64,000 nucleotides of DNA. It comes from Setoptus koraiensis (Eukaryota > Animalia > Arthropoda). The translations under genes were made by a program, and so were the position numbers. Shown one piece after another: positions 44,944 through 56,282 of this stretch. The DNA is taken from contig CM106586.1 of NCBI GenBank assembly GCA_048013815.1, positions 7,874,001 to 7,938,000 on the forward strand. Direction: 5' to 3'. Numbering within the stretch: position 1 is the stretch's first letter; every line of letters begins with the position of its first letter. A model generated the notes under the pieces. It made no database searches, was not told the origin of the DNA, and worked only from the letters and a program-made list of their open reading frames with translations.

Positions 44944-47900
44944 ATGAAAAGTAAATTCGGCGATCAATTGGACAACCATGATCAGCACATTGTTGATGAG
45001 CGTGTCCACCGTGATCAAATAAACAACATCATGGTGTCATCGGCGATCGCTATGCCTACGGAAACTTTTAACAATAATAACAACAACGACAATAATTTAG
45101 GTTTTAATAATTATGAACAACTAGAGGATATTCCAATTAAATCAGACGATAATCCATTGATTATCTGCGTGGTTCCACCCGAGGATTGTTCTAGTAGCAC
45201 ACACACAACCAACTATTACAACAATAAGCGTATTGGGGGATCTTTGAAAGGCAAACAACAAGATGGATCGAAAAAACGCCAACAATTTAATCAGAGCATG
45301 GACAACATACTACTGAAACCCAAGAATAGTAGCAATGGATGCAACAATTCAGTAAATAATGACAGTTTACCTGATAGTATCAAGAGCAGAATCAAAAAAT
45401 TCGACCACGACAGTGGGAGTGTGGACACGAGCACTAGCGAAGTGAATTCAAATGATGACGCCGAGAGTATAGTTAGTAGGCTGAGTATGATTGTTAGCGA
45501 ACAAGAGGAAATGAATAATAAATTTGACAACGACAAAACATTAGAGCATTTCAATTATGCCAATTGCAGAAGCAATAACAATACTCATTTTGACAATAAA
45601 GGCAATAATAACAATACAACGTTGCTTGGTCCGAGGCCTAGATCGTTTACCGTTGATACTGTGGACAATGTTTGTAAAAATTGTAGCATATCTTCGTCGG
45701 CTGCCAAGGAGGTCAATAGCAAACAAATTGCGAATGACAACTATCTTAGAAGACCATCGCAAGCAACCGACAATTCAATAGATAACATGTTGACAATAAC
45801 TCGTTCTACTTGGACATTGTCGGAGTTTGATAGAATCTTTCCCAAGGTGACAAGCAAAGAGAGGAAACGTTCAACTGATTTGACAGCAAATTGTAACTTT
45901 GTTAACTACGAACCTAATAACACCGCAAATAGATTTCATCAAGTCGATCTGGGTGCCACAACAGAGATGAACACCACAGCCAACATCGCCACCATCAACA
46001 GCAACAACAATCAGCCACTTGTTGGCGCATTACGTAAGCAAGCAATACCATTGACGAAAGATAAAGAGCAACAATTAAGAAATAGAAGTGGCACGGATTC
46101 ATCCCAGGAAACTATTATGTCTTGCAACAGCTGTACAGGTGGCGAAAAATCGTCTAGGTGGGCCATGCGAAACATTGGTCGCTATGTTCCGTCAATCGGA
46201 TGGCTGATAAGCTACGAATACAAACAATGGCTAATTGGTGACATAATGGCGGGTCTAGTGGTGGCCTCGCTAAACATATCGCTTTGTTTGGCCGCTTCGT
46301 TGTTGGCCGACGTAGATTCAAGTGTGGCATTTAGATCATCCATTGTAAGTACATTCATTTATGCAATATTTTGCACATCCCGGCACACATCATTCGGCGC
46401 CTACTCCATAATGGCCTTGATGGCCTCAGTCACCGTGCAAAGAGCTATGAACGACGAAATGGTAATGATCCGCTTGGAATTGGGACCATCCGCTTCCATG
46501 AGCAAAGACGAATACGACTTGTGGCGCTACAAGATAATGATTTTTTACACCTTCCTCACCGGCCTAGTGCAATTAGTTGGAGGCTTGTTGGGTCTAGGCA
46601 CAATTGTGGCCAGTTTTATACCTGAGGCTTTATGCTCGTCGATGTTGGCCTCAACTGCCATCACGATGGCCGTTGGTCAGCTGGCAAATATGTGCGGCCT
46701 AAACTATAGAACTTTATATCGGTTACATACGGGCGACCATACTCAAGTCATGAGTAGCACATTTAAATGGTGTCATCAATTGTCGTTATTATTTGAGAAT
46801 TTGCAATCAATCAATTATGTTTGTTTGGCATTATCATTGACGTCCATCATATTATTGTTCGCAAACAATTACGTTTTTCAACAAAGATTGGAGAAAATTT
46901 TCAAACGTAAAATCTTGATACCGTTTGAGTTGTTAATATTGATATCATCGACTGTTGTCTCTTATGCGTTTGGCTTAGAACAAGACCACCAAGTAGAAAC
47001 TTGTGGGCCAGTTTCAATCACTTTTGATTTGCCAACAATGCCCGACTTGAGACTGATAGAAGAATTGTGGTTAGATGCCTTGGTGGCTGGCTTAATATCA
47101 TTTACACTGACGGTGACATTGGCGAAACTGTTGGCACAGAAACTAAATTATGATATGGACTCGAATCAAGAATTAATAGCCTGCGGATTGGGTAATATTG
47201 CTGGCGGTTTGTTTGATGCACTCCCAGCTTCCGGTACAGCTATTCGCAGCACTACCCAGGTGGCTGTTGGTGGCCAAACTCAATTGGCATCCATGGTCAA
47301 TTGTCTAGTTTTAATTCTGTTGGCACAACTTTGTGGGGACCTAATATCGCCTTTGCCTCGGGTAAGTACACTTATCTATATCCATTTCATCATTCCGTTC
47401 ATTCAATGTTTCCACTTGATATTCCTATGAAACTCATGATGTGTATCTCATCCAACACAATCTTTCTTCCACATGATTTTATCCATTCCTTACCATCATA
47501 TATCATCATGTCTATTGGGCCAATTTTCGTCTAAAGTGCGTCATGGCTTCGATTCTTTGCTATGGTTTCATTAGGATCATGAGTCAAACACGAGATGCTC
47601 TCAAATATTGGCGATTATGCAAAGTGGACTTTAGCATTTGGATTGTGGGCTTTGTGGCGATATTGTGCGTTGATTTAGTAAATGGTTTTGTCGTTGCATT
47701 CATCTATTCTATTCTTACTATATTATACAGAGCTCAAAAGTAAGTATTCGTCTAACTATGTCTAGACTACTAGTGAGTGGTCAACCACAATCCCATTGTT
47801 GTTGTCCAAACATCAAAACATTTTTTGCTAATCAAACTGACGATTGTTTTGTCACCGCTAATCATCATTTTTTAGTCGGCGAGCTTATCTGCTTGGTAGC

Positions 47901-48401
47901 ATTGATTCGTCTGATGTCTATGTTCCTATTAATAAATATCCAAGCGCTGCAAAGATAGAGGGCATAGAGATCTATCAGTATTGTGGCTCGTTGCACTACG
48001 CTTGCTCGGAGTTGTTTGAACAAAAGTTGCGGCAACAAACAGGAGTAAAAGTGAAACAAATCAGAAAGCAATTAGAATCGATGAATAATAATGCAAAGAT
48101 TAGTCAAGTCGCAATTGATAAACACAATCAACATAAAGAATTGAATATACCTACTCACATAATATTAGATTTTTCAATGATCTCATTTGTAGATTCATCT
48201 GGAGTGTTTACAATGAAGAAAATAATCGAGGAATATCAGAGTGTGAATATAACCATTTTATTCGCCTCATTAGCGACCCATGTAGCAGCTACTGTCAGAA
48301 ATGAGCCCGGTCTCTGGGACGTCTATCATTCAAGATTTTATGTCACACTAAGTGATGCTGTACACAATGCGCTTAGACAGAGGAGCCCGGCGTTCGTCTA
48401 G
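44944..48401 (+). CDS. SLC26/SulP anion transporter (prestin-like) with STAS domain; exons 44944-47361, 47537-47739, 47876-48401
   Basis: GDIMAGLVVA, TSRHTSFG, YDMDSNQELIACGLGN, GGQTQLASMV; STAS motifs YQYCGSLHYA and ILDFSMISFVDSSG. Two phase-compatible gtaagt...ag introns. About 410-aa Asn/Ser-rich N-terminal extension. Confidence 0.9.
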
Positions 48402-49100
48402 AAAAAAAAATACTGTTTAAAGCAGAAAATGTAAATTACTTTTGTATATACATTTGTTTATATTTATATATGAGTGTATCCGTCATCTAGGTTGTGTAAT
48501 ATGTGCACAAAAAATTGAAAAAAAGAAACAAGATTTGTGATAATTTCTCAAGAGACATGAGCGCAAATACAAATATCACTTAAGAGGTAGAGAATAATCA
48601 AATTTAAAATAGCTAACAAGAAATTGTTATTATTGCACATATAATTGACTGTATACATTATACAAATTCTAGAGCTACATCTGTGTTAGTTGCAATCGAT
48701 CAAACCCATCAACTCAATCTGTAGATATTTAGACATATATATAACATTTAAGTAACATTGAATAGATTCATGCATGTAAATACCCGAATGTGAGTTAATA
48801 TGATTATTGTTTTTGTTTACTCTAATTTCGCGATTTCGTTGAGATCTGTTCCTGGAATTCTCGAATCTATTTAATCATTCAGAAAGAGCGGTGAACTGAT
48901 TCCATCAAGATAGACTGAGCGTTCAGAGAGCTATTCGTAAAGCTCCGGGATGCCCGAAAAATACGCGATTTACCATATTTCAACTAAAAATCTCAACACA
49001 TTCGCGAGACGTGAATAATAGAAAACGTTTGATATTATAACTTTCGCCTTTCCTACATATATCTATTTATATGTAATGTGGAAATTCTTTTCTTTTTTGA

Positions 49101-52100
49101 TCATATTTTTTTCTCATTCATCAATGTCTCCATCACTTTGTCTTCCTTTTCGTCGTCTGTCTTGGCTGATGCGAGTGCCGATATCATTTGACTCATTTCT
49201 AAATTGGAAGAACTGCTAACTTGATCACTTTGAGCTGAAAGAATTTCATCATCTTTTTGTTTTGAAGTAGTTGCGTTGAAGGAGGTATTATTATATTCAG
49301 GCATTGGTAAGACCTTGTAGTAATCAATAGGCGGTAAAGAATAGTCAGTCTTATTATCAGGATAAGATATATCTATCTCTTTGAGTCGTTGTATTTCGGC
49401 GAAATCTATAGATAACATAGCATGATCTGTGTAATCATCATCCTCATAGGCATCATCACTATGACCCAATGTATTATTATCTATGATTTGTGTAGTGTGG
49501 TTGCTGGAAGTCAAAGTCTCAACACTACCCGAAGAAGGCCAATCAATAGTGGAGTCAATTGCTGACTCGAGCTGTTTGAGTGAGGTATCCGATGGGCATT
49601 TAAAATTACGTTGAAATACACTTAATCGGCAAGTATTTGCCGATTGACTCTCTGCTTGCTGACCGGTGGAATCTTTTTGGCGCTGATTAACCATCTTTTT
49701 ACTACTTCCACCATTATCTTGATCACCATTTGTGTTGTTCTCTTCGTATTGCATACGACTACTGATAGATAATTTTCCTTTCAAACGCGCCAATCTACTG
49801 GAGACATTATCAAACGTTCGTGAGCCCACATTTCTCAAGGCAACACCACCACGAACCCCATTGGATAGCAATGGCTCCAATCCGATTACTGTAGATGAGG
49901 GCAAAAACCATTGCCTATTACTGTTTGCACTTTTGTTGTTTGCCCTGTTCAGATTGCTATCGATTAAACTGTGGGGCCCTGTCGAACCGGATGACAAGCT
50001 GACGATGCCCGGCAGACGACTTTTTCTTTTGATTAGTCTAGACTTGGTCGAAACAAATTGTACACCGGTGATTGATTTGGAATCACAAGCTGATTTAAAA
50101 GAGTCTAGCACACTTTTTAAAGGAGACTTTGTTACATCTTTCGAATCCTCATCAGATGATTTCGCGAACGTGGTAGCAGAACGAAATAAATGAAAGAAAT
50201 CATTTTGATCCTCGATACTGTACATTATCCTTAATGACGGATATGGTTGATGAGTCGTGAGGCCTCCTGTCATGGAAAATATTGGCGCACTTGTTGACAA
50301 ACCAAGTTCTACTTTGTCAATTTGCTCTAGCTTCACACGTTGAAAGTTTACTACTCTCTCGGTGGCTTCATCGTAATCTACAACGTAGTAAGAATCATTT
50401 GTTAGTATAACCAGAAGTTCTTGCTCACTCAATTGATTAGAGCTTGAGTCACAATCGAACATAAGCCAACAACCTAGCACCTGTTCTTCTTCATCTGTCA
50501 TGATCATCTTTCGGCAATCCTCCAACATTTGATTAATCCTCTCATCTTCGTTAATCTCTTCGAATTTTTCATCATTAACGGAGGATGAGAGCATTGAATC
50601 AGAATTACTGGGTGCATCCGCGCTCATCAGTATCTCATTGTTCAAAAGAGCATCTTTTACTCCAAGCATCGCATCAATCGCCGCTTGTCTGTAGGCATCG
50701 CGGAACTTACTAATATAGTAACGACTTGCTGAACTGTAGGTATCTTTGAGATATCCAGAGAATTTGCGTTCGCCAGTGCGGGTGAAGTCTCCTTTGAGTG
50801 CGTTTGATCCAGCATATTGTCTACTCAGTATGTCACCATTATTTGCCCACATTAATTGCATCACTTTCCTACAATGATTTGATTCATGACCAATTTCCGG
50901 TGGTAAGAGACCAAGTCTAATTAATTGAGTGTCCAACACTTGCAGAGCTATAGCACGCTGAACAATATTAGTTCTATCCAAACAATCGATACAATTGATA
51001 CGAAATATTCCTCGTTGTTCACAAACCAATCCATGCGAATCAAACCAGAAATAACGCATTCCTTTGATCATATTACCCGATAGTCCATTCTCTTGGAGAT
51101 GCTGCTCTACCAACAGCAGACGCCTGCCTCTACAATGTCTATGAAAATCAAATGAGATATAGTTCAGGCTCTTGGGTACCATCTCAACGAACTTATCAAC
51201 AGTGGCTTTATAAGCATCTTTGACTACTTTTTCGCGCCCGCTCTGTTCAGTGCAGTCTACAAGAATATGGTTTGATCCATAGTAATAAAAAAGTTCCTTG
51301 AAATGTTTTGAGAATGATTCGAAGTTTTCCTCTGGACTTTTAGCCAGAACTGGAGCCGGTCTATACTTGAAACCGGGTTGAGACCAAAATAGTGGTATCG
51401 ATCCTCTAATTAATAGGAATGACACAAAGTGTCTTCCGAATCGAAATATTTGTTCTGTCTCGACAAAGTTGGCACAGTTGCCATCTTCGTCGCAACCTCT
51501 TCTCTTGTAACGGGTTCCAGCGCGATATTTTGACCGGCGAGATATCAAGCCTAGTTGGTAATGGTTTGGTTGGGAAGACATATCACATGTATCAGATCTT
51601 GAAGTTTGTTTGATTACGTAATTCGATAATTCAGTATCTTGACTAGCGTCATTCAATTTTTGATCAATCAGCTCATCACAATTTACATCATTTGTATTAG
51701 TTTCATTTATTTCTTTGTTCCGCTGCAAATTGACTGACTCAGTTATATTGAGAGTTGAAATATTGTATTTTTCCAACTGAACAAAGCCGTGAAGAATTGG
51801 TAATATCCAATGGTTAACATCTTGTGAGGAATTTTTGGCTAGATCTATCAAGTCTTGCAACATGTGCTGGTTCCAAAAGAATCTTTCATCTGCATCTTGC
51901 CATAATAGGTGAGTTGCTTTGCGTCCCAAGGAATCCATACCACTCTGTTTCTGTTTATCATTGATGTAACGTTCTTTCTTTAAAAGATATTGACGCTGGA
52001 ATGAATTTGTCAGATCGATGGTATAACTATAATAAAAGGAGTTAGTGTCTGTGAATAATTTGCACATTTCCTCAATCAGGCGCTTGTTTAGCTCATCAGA

Positions 52101-52694
52101 GCAATTTTGATTATTGTTGATTGAATATTGGGACAAGCTAGGATAATTCATATTGATTGCATTTAGAGAGTTCAAATTCGGCATCTTTGGCTTGAGAGCA
52201 GAGGCAACTTTAATAGGATTCCAAGAGGTTCTTTGGTTAGAGGATGATGATGAAGACGACGCAATGTCTGGTGGTAATGATGTCGAACAATCATCCTTTT
52301 CGGTGCTTTGACTGTGAGCTGATGCTCTGGAAAAAGCTGCATTTGGTGACAATGGTATGTCATTGGGTTGTACATTTATCTGATCTGAGCTAGCCTGTTG
52401 TAACACAGGGAGAACCAGAACGTTTTTGATAACATATACTTCATGTTCACTATTGAGCACGGGATCAAAGATTGTTCCCACCAAGTTTCTGTGCCTGATT
52501 AATACAAGATGACTACTAAGATACTTCCCTATGATTCCATAGACTATTCCCATATGATTTAAGTTAGGAAGTTTAAAGGCGCTTTCTCGCGTTATGGCAC
52601 TAAATGATCCATCAATTCTATTACAAACAAGTCCATGAGTATTGTTGTCATCATGGAGCAGGACATAGAAGTGTTCGTTGCTTAGTAATTCCAT
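49101..52694 (-). CDS. INPP5F: Phosphatidylinositide phosphatase SAC2 (INPP5F), single exon
   Basis: ISRRSKYRAGTRYKRRG, NFVETEQ, RGSIPLFWSQPG, catalytic RINCIDCLDRTN, WANNGD...KGDFTRTGERK, FRDAYRQAAID, followed by an hSac2-like domain. Confidence 0.94.
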   Translation of the reverse strand: MELLSNEHFYVLLHDDNNTHGLVCNRIDGSFSAITRESAFKLPNLNHMGIVYGIIGKYLSSHLVLIRHRNLVGTIFDPVLNSEHEVYVIKNVLVLPVLQQASSDQINVQPNDIPLSPNAAFSRASAHSQSTEKDDCSTSLPPDIASSSSSSSNQRTSWNPIKVASALKPKMPNLNSLNAINMNYPSLSQYSINNNQNCSDELNKRLIEEMCKLFTDTNSFYYSYTIDLTNSFQRQYLLKKERYINDKQKQSGMDSLGRKATHLLWQDADERFFWNQHMLQDLIDLAKNSSQDVNHWILPILHGFVQLEKYNISTLNITESVNLQRNKEINETNTNDVNCDELIDQKLNDASQDTELSNYVIKQTSRSDTCDMSSQPNHYQLGLISRRSKYRAGTRYKRRGCDEDGNCANFVETEQIFRFGRHFVSFLLIRGSIPLFWSQPGFKYRPAPVLAKSPEENFESFSKHFKELFYYYGSNHILVDCTEQSGREKVVKDAYKATVDKFVEMVPKSLNYISFDFHRHCRGRRLLLVEQHLQENGLSGNMIKGMRYFWFDSHGLVCEQRGIFRINCIDCLDRTNIVQRAIALQVLDTQLIRLGLLPPEIGHESNHCRKVMQLMWANNGDILSRQYAGSNALKGDFTRTGERKFSGYLKDTYSSASRYYISKFRDAYRQAAIDAMLGVKDALLNNEILMSADAPSNSDSMLSSSVNDEKFEEINEDERINQMLEDCRKMIMTDEEEQVLGCWLMFDCDSSSNQLSEQELLVILTNDSYYVVDYDEATERVVNFQRVKLEQIDKVELGLSTSAPIFSMTGGLTTHQPYPSLRIMYSIEDQNDFFHLFRSATTFAKSSDEDSKDVTKSPLKSVLDSFKSACDSKSITGVQFVSTKSRLIKRKSRLPGIVSLSSGSTGPHSLIDSNLNRANNKSANSNRQWFLPSSTVIGLEPLLSNGVRGGVALRNVGSRTFDNVSSRLARLKGKLSISSRMQYEENNTNGDQDNGGSSKKMVNQRQKDSTGQQAESQSANTCRLSVFQRNFKCPSDTSLKQLESAIDSTIDWPSSGSVETLTSSNHTTQIIDNNTLGHSDDAYEDDDYTDHAMLSIDFAEIQRLKEIDISYPDNKTDYSLPPIDYYKVLPMPEYNNTSFNATTSKQKDDEILSAQSDQVSSSSNLEMSQMISALASAKTDDEKEDKVMETLMNEKKI

Positions 52695-53097
52695 CGTTGT
52701 ATATCAAGCTATCTACAATATTCAACTCTTTCTTTTCGTTTTGTTTCTCCTATACGCGTTACTATTCCGTATGAAAAATCTGTTACATTGTAGAGCGATT
52801 CAATCTATCAACAATAGATCACCATTCGATGTCATCCTTACGTATCATCACATCTATGTGTGAAGTCTGAAATTTCGACTGGCAAGTTGGTCAACGAATT
52901 ACAACAAACAATAGTGAGAGAATGCGAGAATAAAAAAAATGACTCACTTCGTTATCTATCCGCTCTTGTTATTGTTTCACTCGAATCAGCTGATTTTTGC
53001 TTTGCGCATGCGCTCTGATAGATCTAGATGGAAAATAATCTGCCTTTTACACAAAGTGACTAATGATTATGTGACAACGATAGAGTTTCGTTATTTT

Positions 53098-54126
53098 TTA
53101 TTTGACTTTCTTGGTTGCACAACTGCCAAACTTTACCTGTAAGTTGTCTAATAATCTAACTGAGTCTACATAACAAGCTATCAATATGATGGCCTCAAAA
53201 GGCCCCTCGCCGCGGACACAAGTTCCATCGCACTTGAAATCTGTTTCATCTTGACAGGAAATACAACTCAGACATTTTGCACATCTCACTTCAAAATAGT
53301 CAATGGCCAATGATTTGTTCGGATCAAGCTCGATAAGAACTTTACCGAGAACTTGTCTGCAATCAAATGGAATCCTAGATTTAATGAGCCTAGATTTAGT
53401 CTCTATCAGTATTTTGTATATTCTAGCGGCTCGTTCGCGTTGTTCTTCATTTAATAGTCTGTTTCGCGAAGACAGTGCACATCCGTCGTCCTCTCTAACG
53501 GTTTCCACTTGGTTTATAATTGTGTTGATATTCAAATCTCTAACTAACCTAGTAACTAGTAATAGTTGTTGATAGTCTTTAATACCGAAAAATGCACTGT
53601 CGGGTTGGATAATATTCAGAAGTTTTGTGACCACTGTCAGCATACCGCTAAAGTGACCTGGTCGAGATTTTCCTTCCAATATCTGGCCCAAATAATCATC
53701 TGCGACAACCGTGCAGCATGATTGATCCGACTTTGAAGGAAACATATCTTCAGCATCTGGTGCAAATACATAATTTACTTTGGCCGTCTGGCATACGTGC
53801 ACGTCCGTTTCGAGAGTCCTTGGATAGTGTTGATAGTCGTCCGACCTATTAAACTGTTTTGGATTGACAAATATTGACGCTATCACAATAAACTTGTCGT
53901 TCTCCAATCCCGCTTTCGCTCTGGCCTCCTCGAACAATTTAAGATGTCCTCTATGTAGAGCGCCCATGGTGGGAACAAAACTAATGTGATAACCCTCCTT
54001 TTTGTGGTGCAGACTAATCTTTCTCATTAAGGCGAGATCTCTTATTACAGAGGCAGTTGAAATGTCCGAGATTATTCCGGAATCATTATCAAGTGCAGTG
54101 GTCATTTTATTGTCATTTGTAGACAT
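53098..54126 (-). CDS. panC: Pantoate--beta-alanine ligase (pantothenate synthetase), bacterial type, horizontally acquired
   Basis: FVPTMGALHRGH (HIGH-like), SIFVNPKQF, YPRTLETD, LEGKSRPGHFSG, AFFGIKDYQQ, VREDDGCALSSRN, RLLDN. Intronless and flanked by eukaryotic genes. Confidence 0.96.
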   Translation of the reverse strand: MSTNDNKMTTALDNDSGIISDISTASVIRDLALMRKISLHHKKEGYHISFVPTMGALHRGHLKLFEEARAKAGLENDKFIVIASIFVNPKQFNRSDDYQHYPRTLETDVHVCQTAKVNYVFAPDAEDMFPSKSDQSCCTVVADDYLGQILEGKSRPGHFSGMLTVVTKLLNIIQPDSAFFGIKDYQQLLLVTRLVRDLNINTIINQVETVREDDGCALSSRNRLLNEEQRERAARIYKILIETKSRLIKSRIPFDCRQVLGKVLIELDPNKSLAIDYFEVRCAKCLSCISCQDETDFKCDGTCVRGEGPFEAIILIACYVDSVRLLDNLQVKFGSCATKKVK

Positions 54127-54331
54127 GGATCGATATATTCACCTGATTGGTTGAAGAGATTTTTTGGCATGGGCTCAACAGCTGACGCGCTAGTTAATAG
54201 TTGTTGGCACCTAGTGCTCACCTTTTTTCTCTTTCAGACTTTAGCCACTCATGATTTCTATACAGTATAGTAAATTGATGTAATTATTTTACTCTTATTT
54301 CGACTCAAAGTCAGAGCTTTTTTATTGAAAA

Positions 54332-54709
54332 ATGGTTGTGAAAGTACAGATACTCTTGTTTGCTGGTCTGAGAGAACACTTCAATGGACATGGAAACGTT
54401 ATCATTGATTTGGATAACAATGTATGGAATAGTTGTCATGATCTGAAAACATATCTTCTGAAGCGATTAGATGAGATCTGTAGAGAGGAAATATCTTATC
54501 AGGCGGATAGTAAGAATCATTTAACAAACACTAAATTGCACATATCACCTGAAAGTATAATGTTAGCATTGAATGAGGAACTCATCTATGACGAGGGCCG
54601 ATTTAATGACGATATTACGCCTCCAGCAACAGTTAACAAAGAGTGGAATAAGATTTCACTGAAAGGATCAGACAAGATTGCCCTTATTCACCCTGTAACT
54701 GGCGGCTAG
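54332..54709 (+). CDS. MOCS2A: Molybdopterin synthase sulfur carrier subunit (MoaD/ThiS fold)
   Basis: VQILLFAGLRE, IMLALNEE and C-terminal DKIALIHPVTGG ending in the di-glycine. Confidence 0.88.
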   Translation: MVVKVQILLFAGLREHFNGHGNVIIDLDNNVWNSCHDLKTYLLKRLDEICREEISYQADSKNHLTNTKLHISPESIMLALNEELIYDEGRFNDDITPPATVNKEWNKISLKGSDKIALIHPVTGG

Positions 54710-54848
54710 ATGTTTTCAATAAAGAGCTTTCATTGGTGAAATCAATCAATGTTTTTAGATCAGCTAACAAAGTAGACTGAAGATGTAAGAGCGCGAATGG
54801 AAAATCAGAGACTGAGTGACAATCGATTGTTTGTTTGTTTTAATAATG

Positions 54849-56282
54849 TTAGAGTAAATTTATGAGGGGATTTGCGTAGGCCATAGGCTTCATATCAGGA
54901 TGAGGGACTGCTTCAAATCTGACAAATTCAGGATTTTCTAAATTGTCACCTTTTAGTATGATAAAGGCACCTTCATTACCGACGTTGTCACAGTAGTTGG
55001 GAGCGGAGAATACTGTAATGCATTTATCATTATGGGCTTTTTCGTATCCTAACATTTTAACTTCATGACTTCTAATTATATAGTCTAAATTATTGCGCTT
55101 GCAAAATTTCTCTGTGACATCTGGCCCGAACGCTATGGCAATACCACGTTTGGACGTAGCAATACCAGGTTGCGGCATGGGATCGGACCATAGTAGTTCG
55201 CACATAACACCATCCTCGGGCGGCTGTCTATTTCTATCCAACTTTCTGATGTCATCTAAAGTGACTGTTTCAGATGTGCATAGGCCACCGTGAACTACAA
55301 GGATTTTGTTGTTTATACAATGAGCTAAAGGAAGAACTTGAAATACCTCTGAGAATAGATCATATATTGAATGTGAATATTTAGCTTTACATTCTCCCTC
55401 GAAGCCGTACATTTGATTCATGGAATGAGTCTCATGATTTCCTCTCGATATGTAGAAATGGTCTGGATAAAGGAGTTTGAGGCTAAATAGTAGTAGTATA
55501 CACTCAATACTGAATGAGCCCCTGTCGACAACATCACCGTTAAATAGATAAGGGTTAGTTTCTGATGGTAGGCCATTAAGTTCAAAGATGTTTAGGAGAT
55601 CAAAAAATTGGCCATGTACGTCGCCGCACACTGTGAACTTTTTGCCCTTTGGTATCGTTATGTCAATCAATGATGGTTGCTTAATAAAATACTCATACAT
55701 GGAGCATAAAATCCTCAATGCATATTTCCTATGAAGAACCTTAAGTTCTTTGAAATGAGCCAAAAGCTCGTGGACAAATTCCAGCGTAACCTTGCCCTGC
55801 TCATCTAGGTGGGGTCCTCTATATGAATCCTCAATCGGTATAGAATCACAATCCAATGTGAAAGCAAGCGGTTTACGTGTCTCAACGGCAATGGCTTTCT
55901 CAAATCCAATTTGATGAATAATTTTCTCACATGCTTTTATCTTACTATGAATGAATTTGTCGTCTTTGACAATTTGTGCAACCTTTTTCAAGTCGGCTAA
56001 AGCCTCTTTGTGTTTTCCTAATGCTGTATTGGCGGCGGCCCTCCTATAATAACCTTTAGAGTATGCTTGATCGTATTGAATGGCGGCACTAGCATCTCTC
56101 AATGCCGCTCCATACATTTCTATTTTCAGATAGGCAAGACTTCTATTGGCGTGTATGGGTGCAAAATCGGCCTGATTTGGAAGTGAACATTTGAGAGCCA
56201 GATCATATTTTTCAATGGCCAATTTGTATTGACCCTTCTTGAACAGTTCATTGCCTTGGTCCTTGTAATTTTCTTCGTCCAT
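54849..56282 (-). CDS. PPP5C: Serine/threonine protein phosphatase 5 (TPR + PPP domain), single exon
   Basis: TPR motifs YKDQGNELFK and ANRSLAYLK; PPP motifs GDVHGQ, GDVVDRG, RGNHE, HGG, RSHE, SAPNYC; C-terminal PHPDMKPMAYAN. Confidence 0.97.
   Translation of the reverse strand: MDEENYKDQGNELFKKGQYKLAIEKYDLALKCSLPNQADFAPIHANRSLAYLKIEMYGAALRDASAAIQYDQAYSKGYYRRAAANTALGKHKEALADLKKVAQIVKDDKFIHSKIKACEKIIHQIGFEKAIAVETRKPLAFTLDCDSIPIEDSYRGPHLDEQGKVTLEFVHELLAHFKELKVLHRKYALRILCSMYEYFIKQPSLIDITIPKGKKFTVCGDVHGQFFDLLNIFELNGLPSETNPYLFNGDVVDRGSFSIECILLLFSLKLLYPDHFYISRGNHETHSMNQMYGFEGECKAKYSHSIYDLFSEVFQVLPLAHCINNKILVVHGGLCTSETVTLDDIRKLDRNRQPPEDGVMCELLWSDPMPQPGIATSKRGIAIAFGPDVTEKFCKRNNLDYIIRSHEVKMLGYEKAHNDKCITVFSAPNYCDNVGNEGAFIILKGDNLENPEFVRFEAVPHPDMKPMAYANPLINLL

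Noticed and set aside
53098-54126. panC or the PPDK/RPH-like gene as bacterial contamination
   Set aside because: Both are contiguous with clearly eukaryotic genes at normal spacer distances, have no operon neighbours, and carry non-bacterial extensions.
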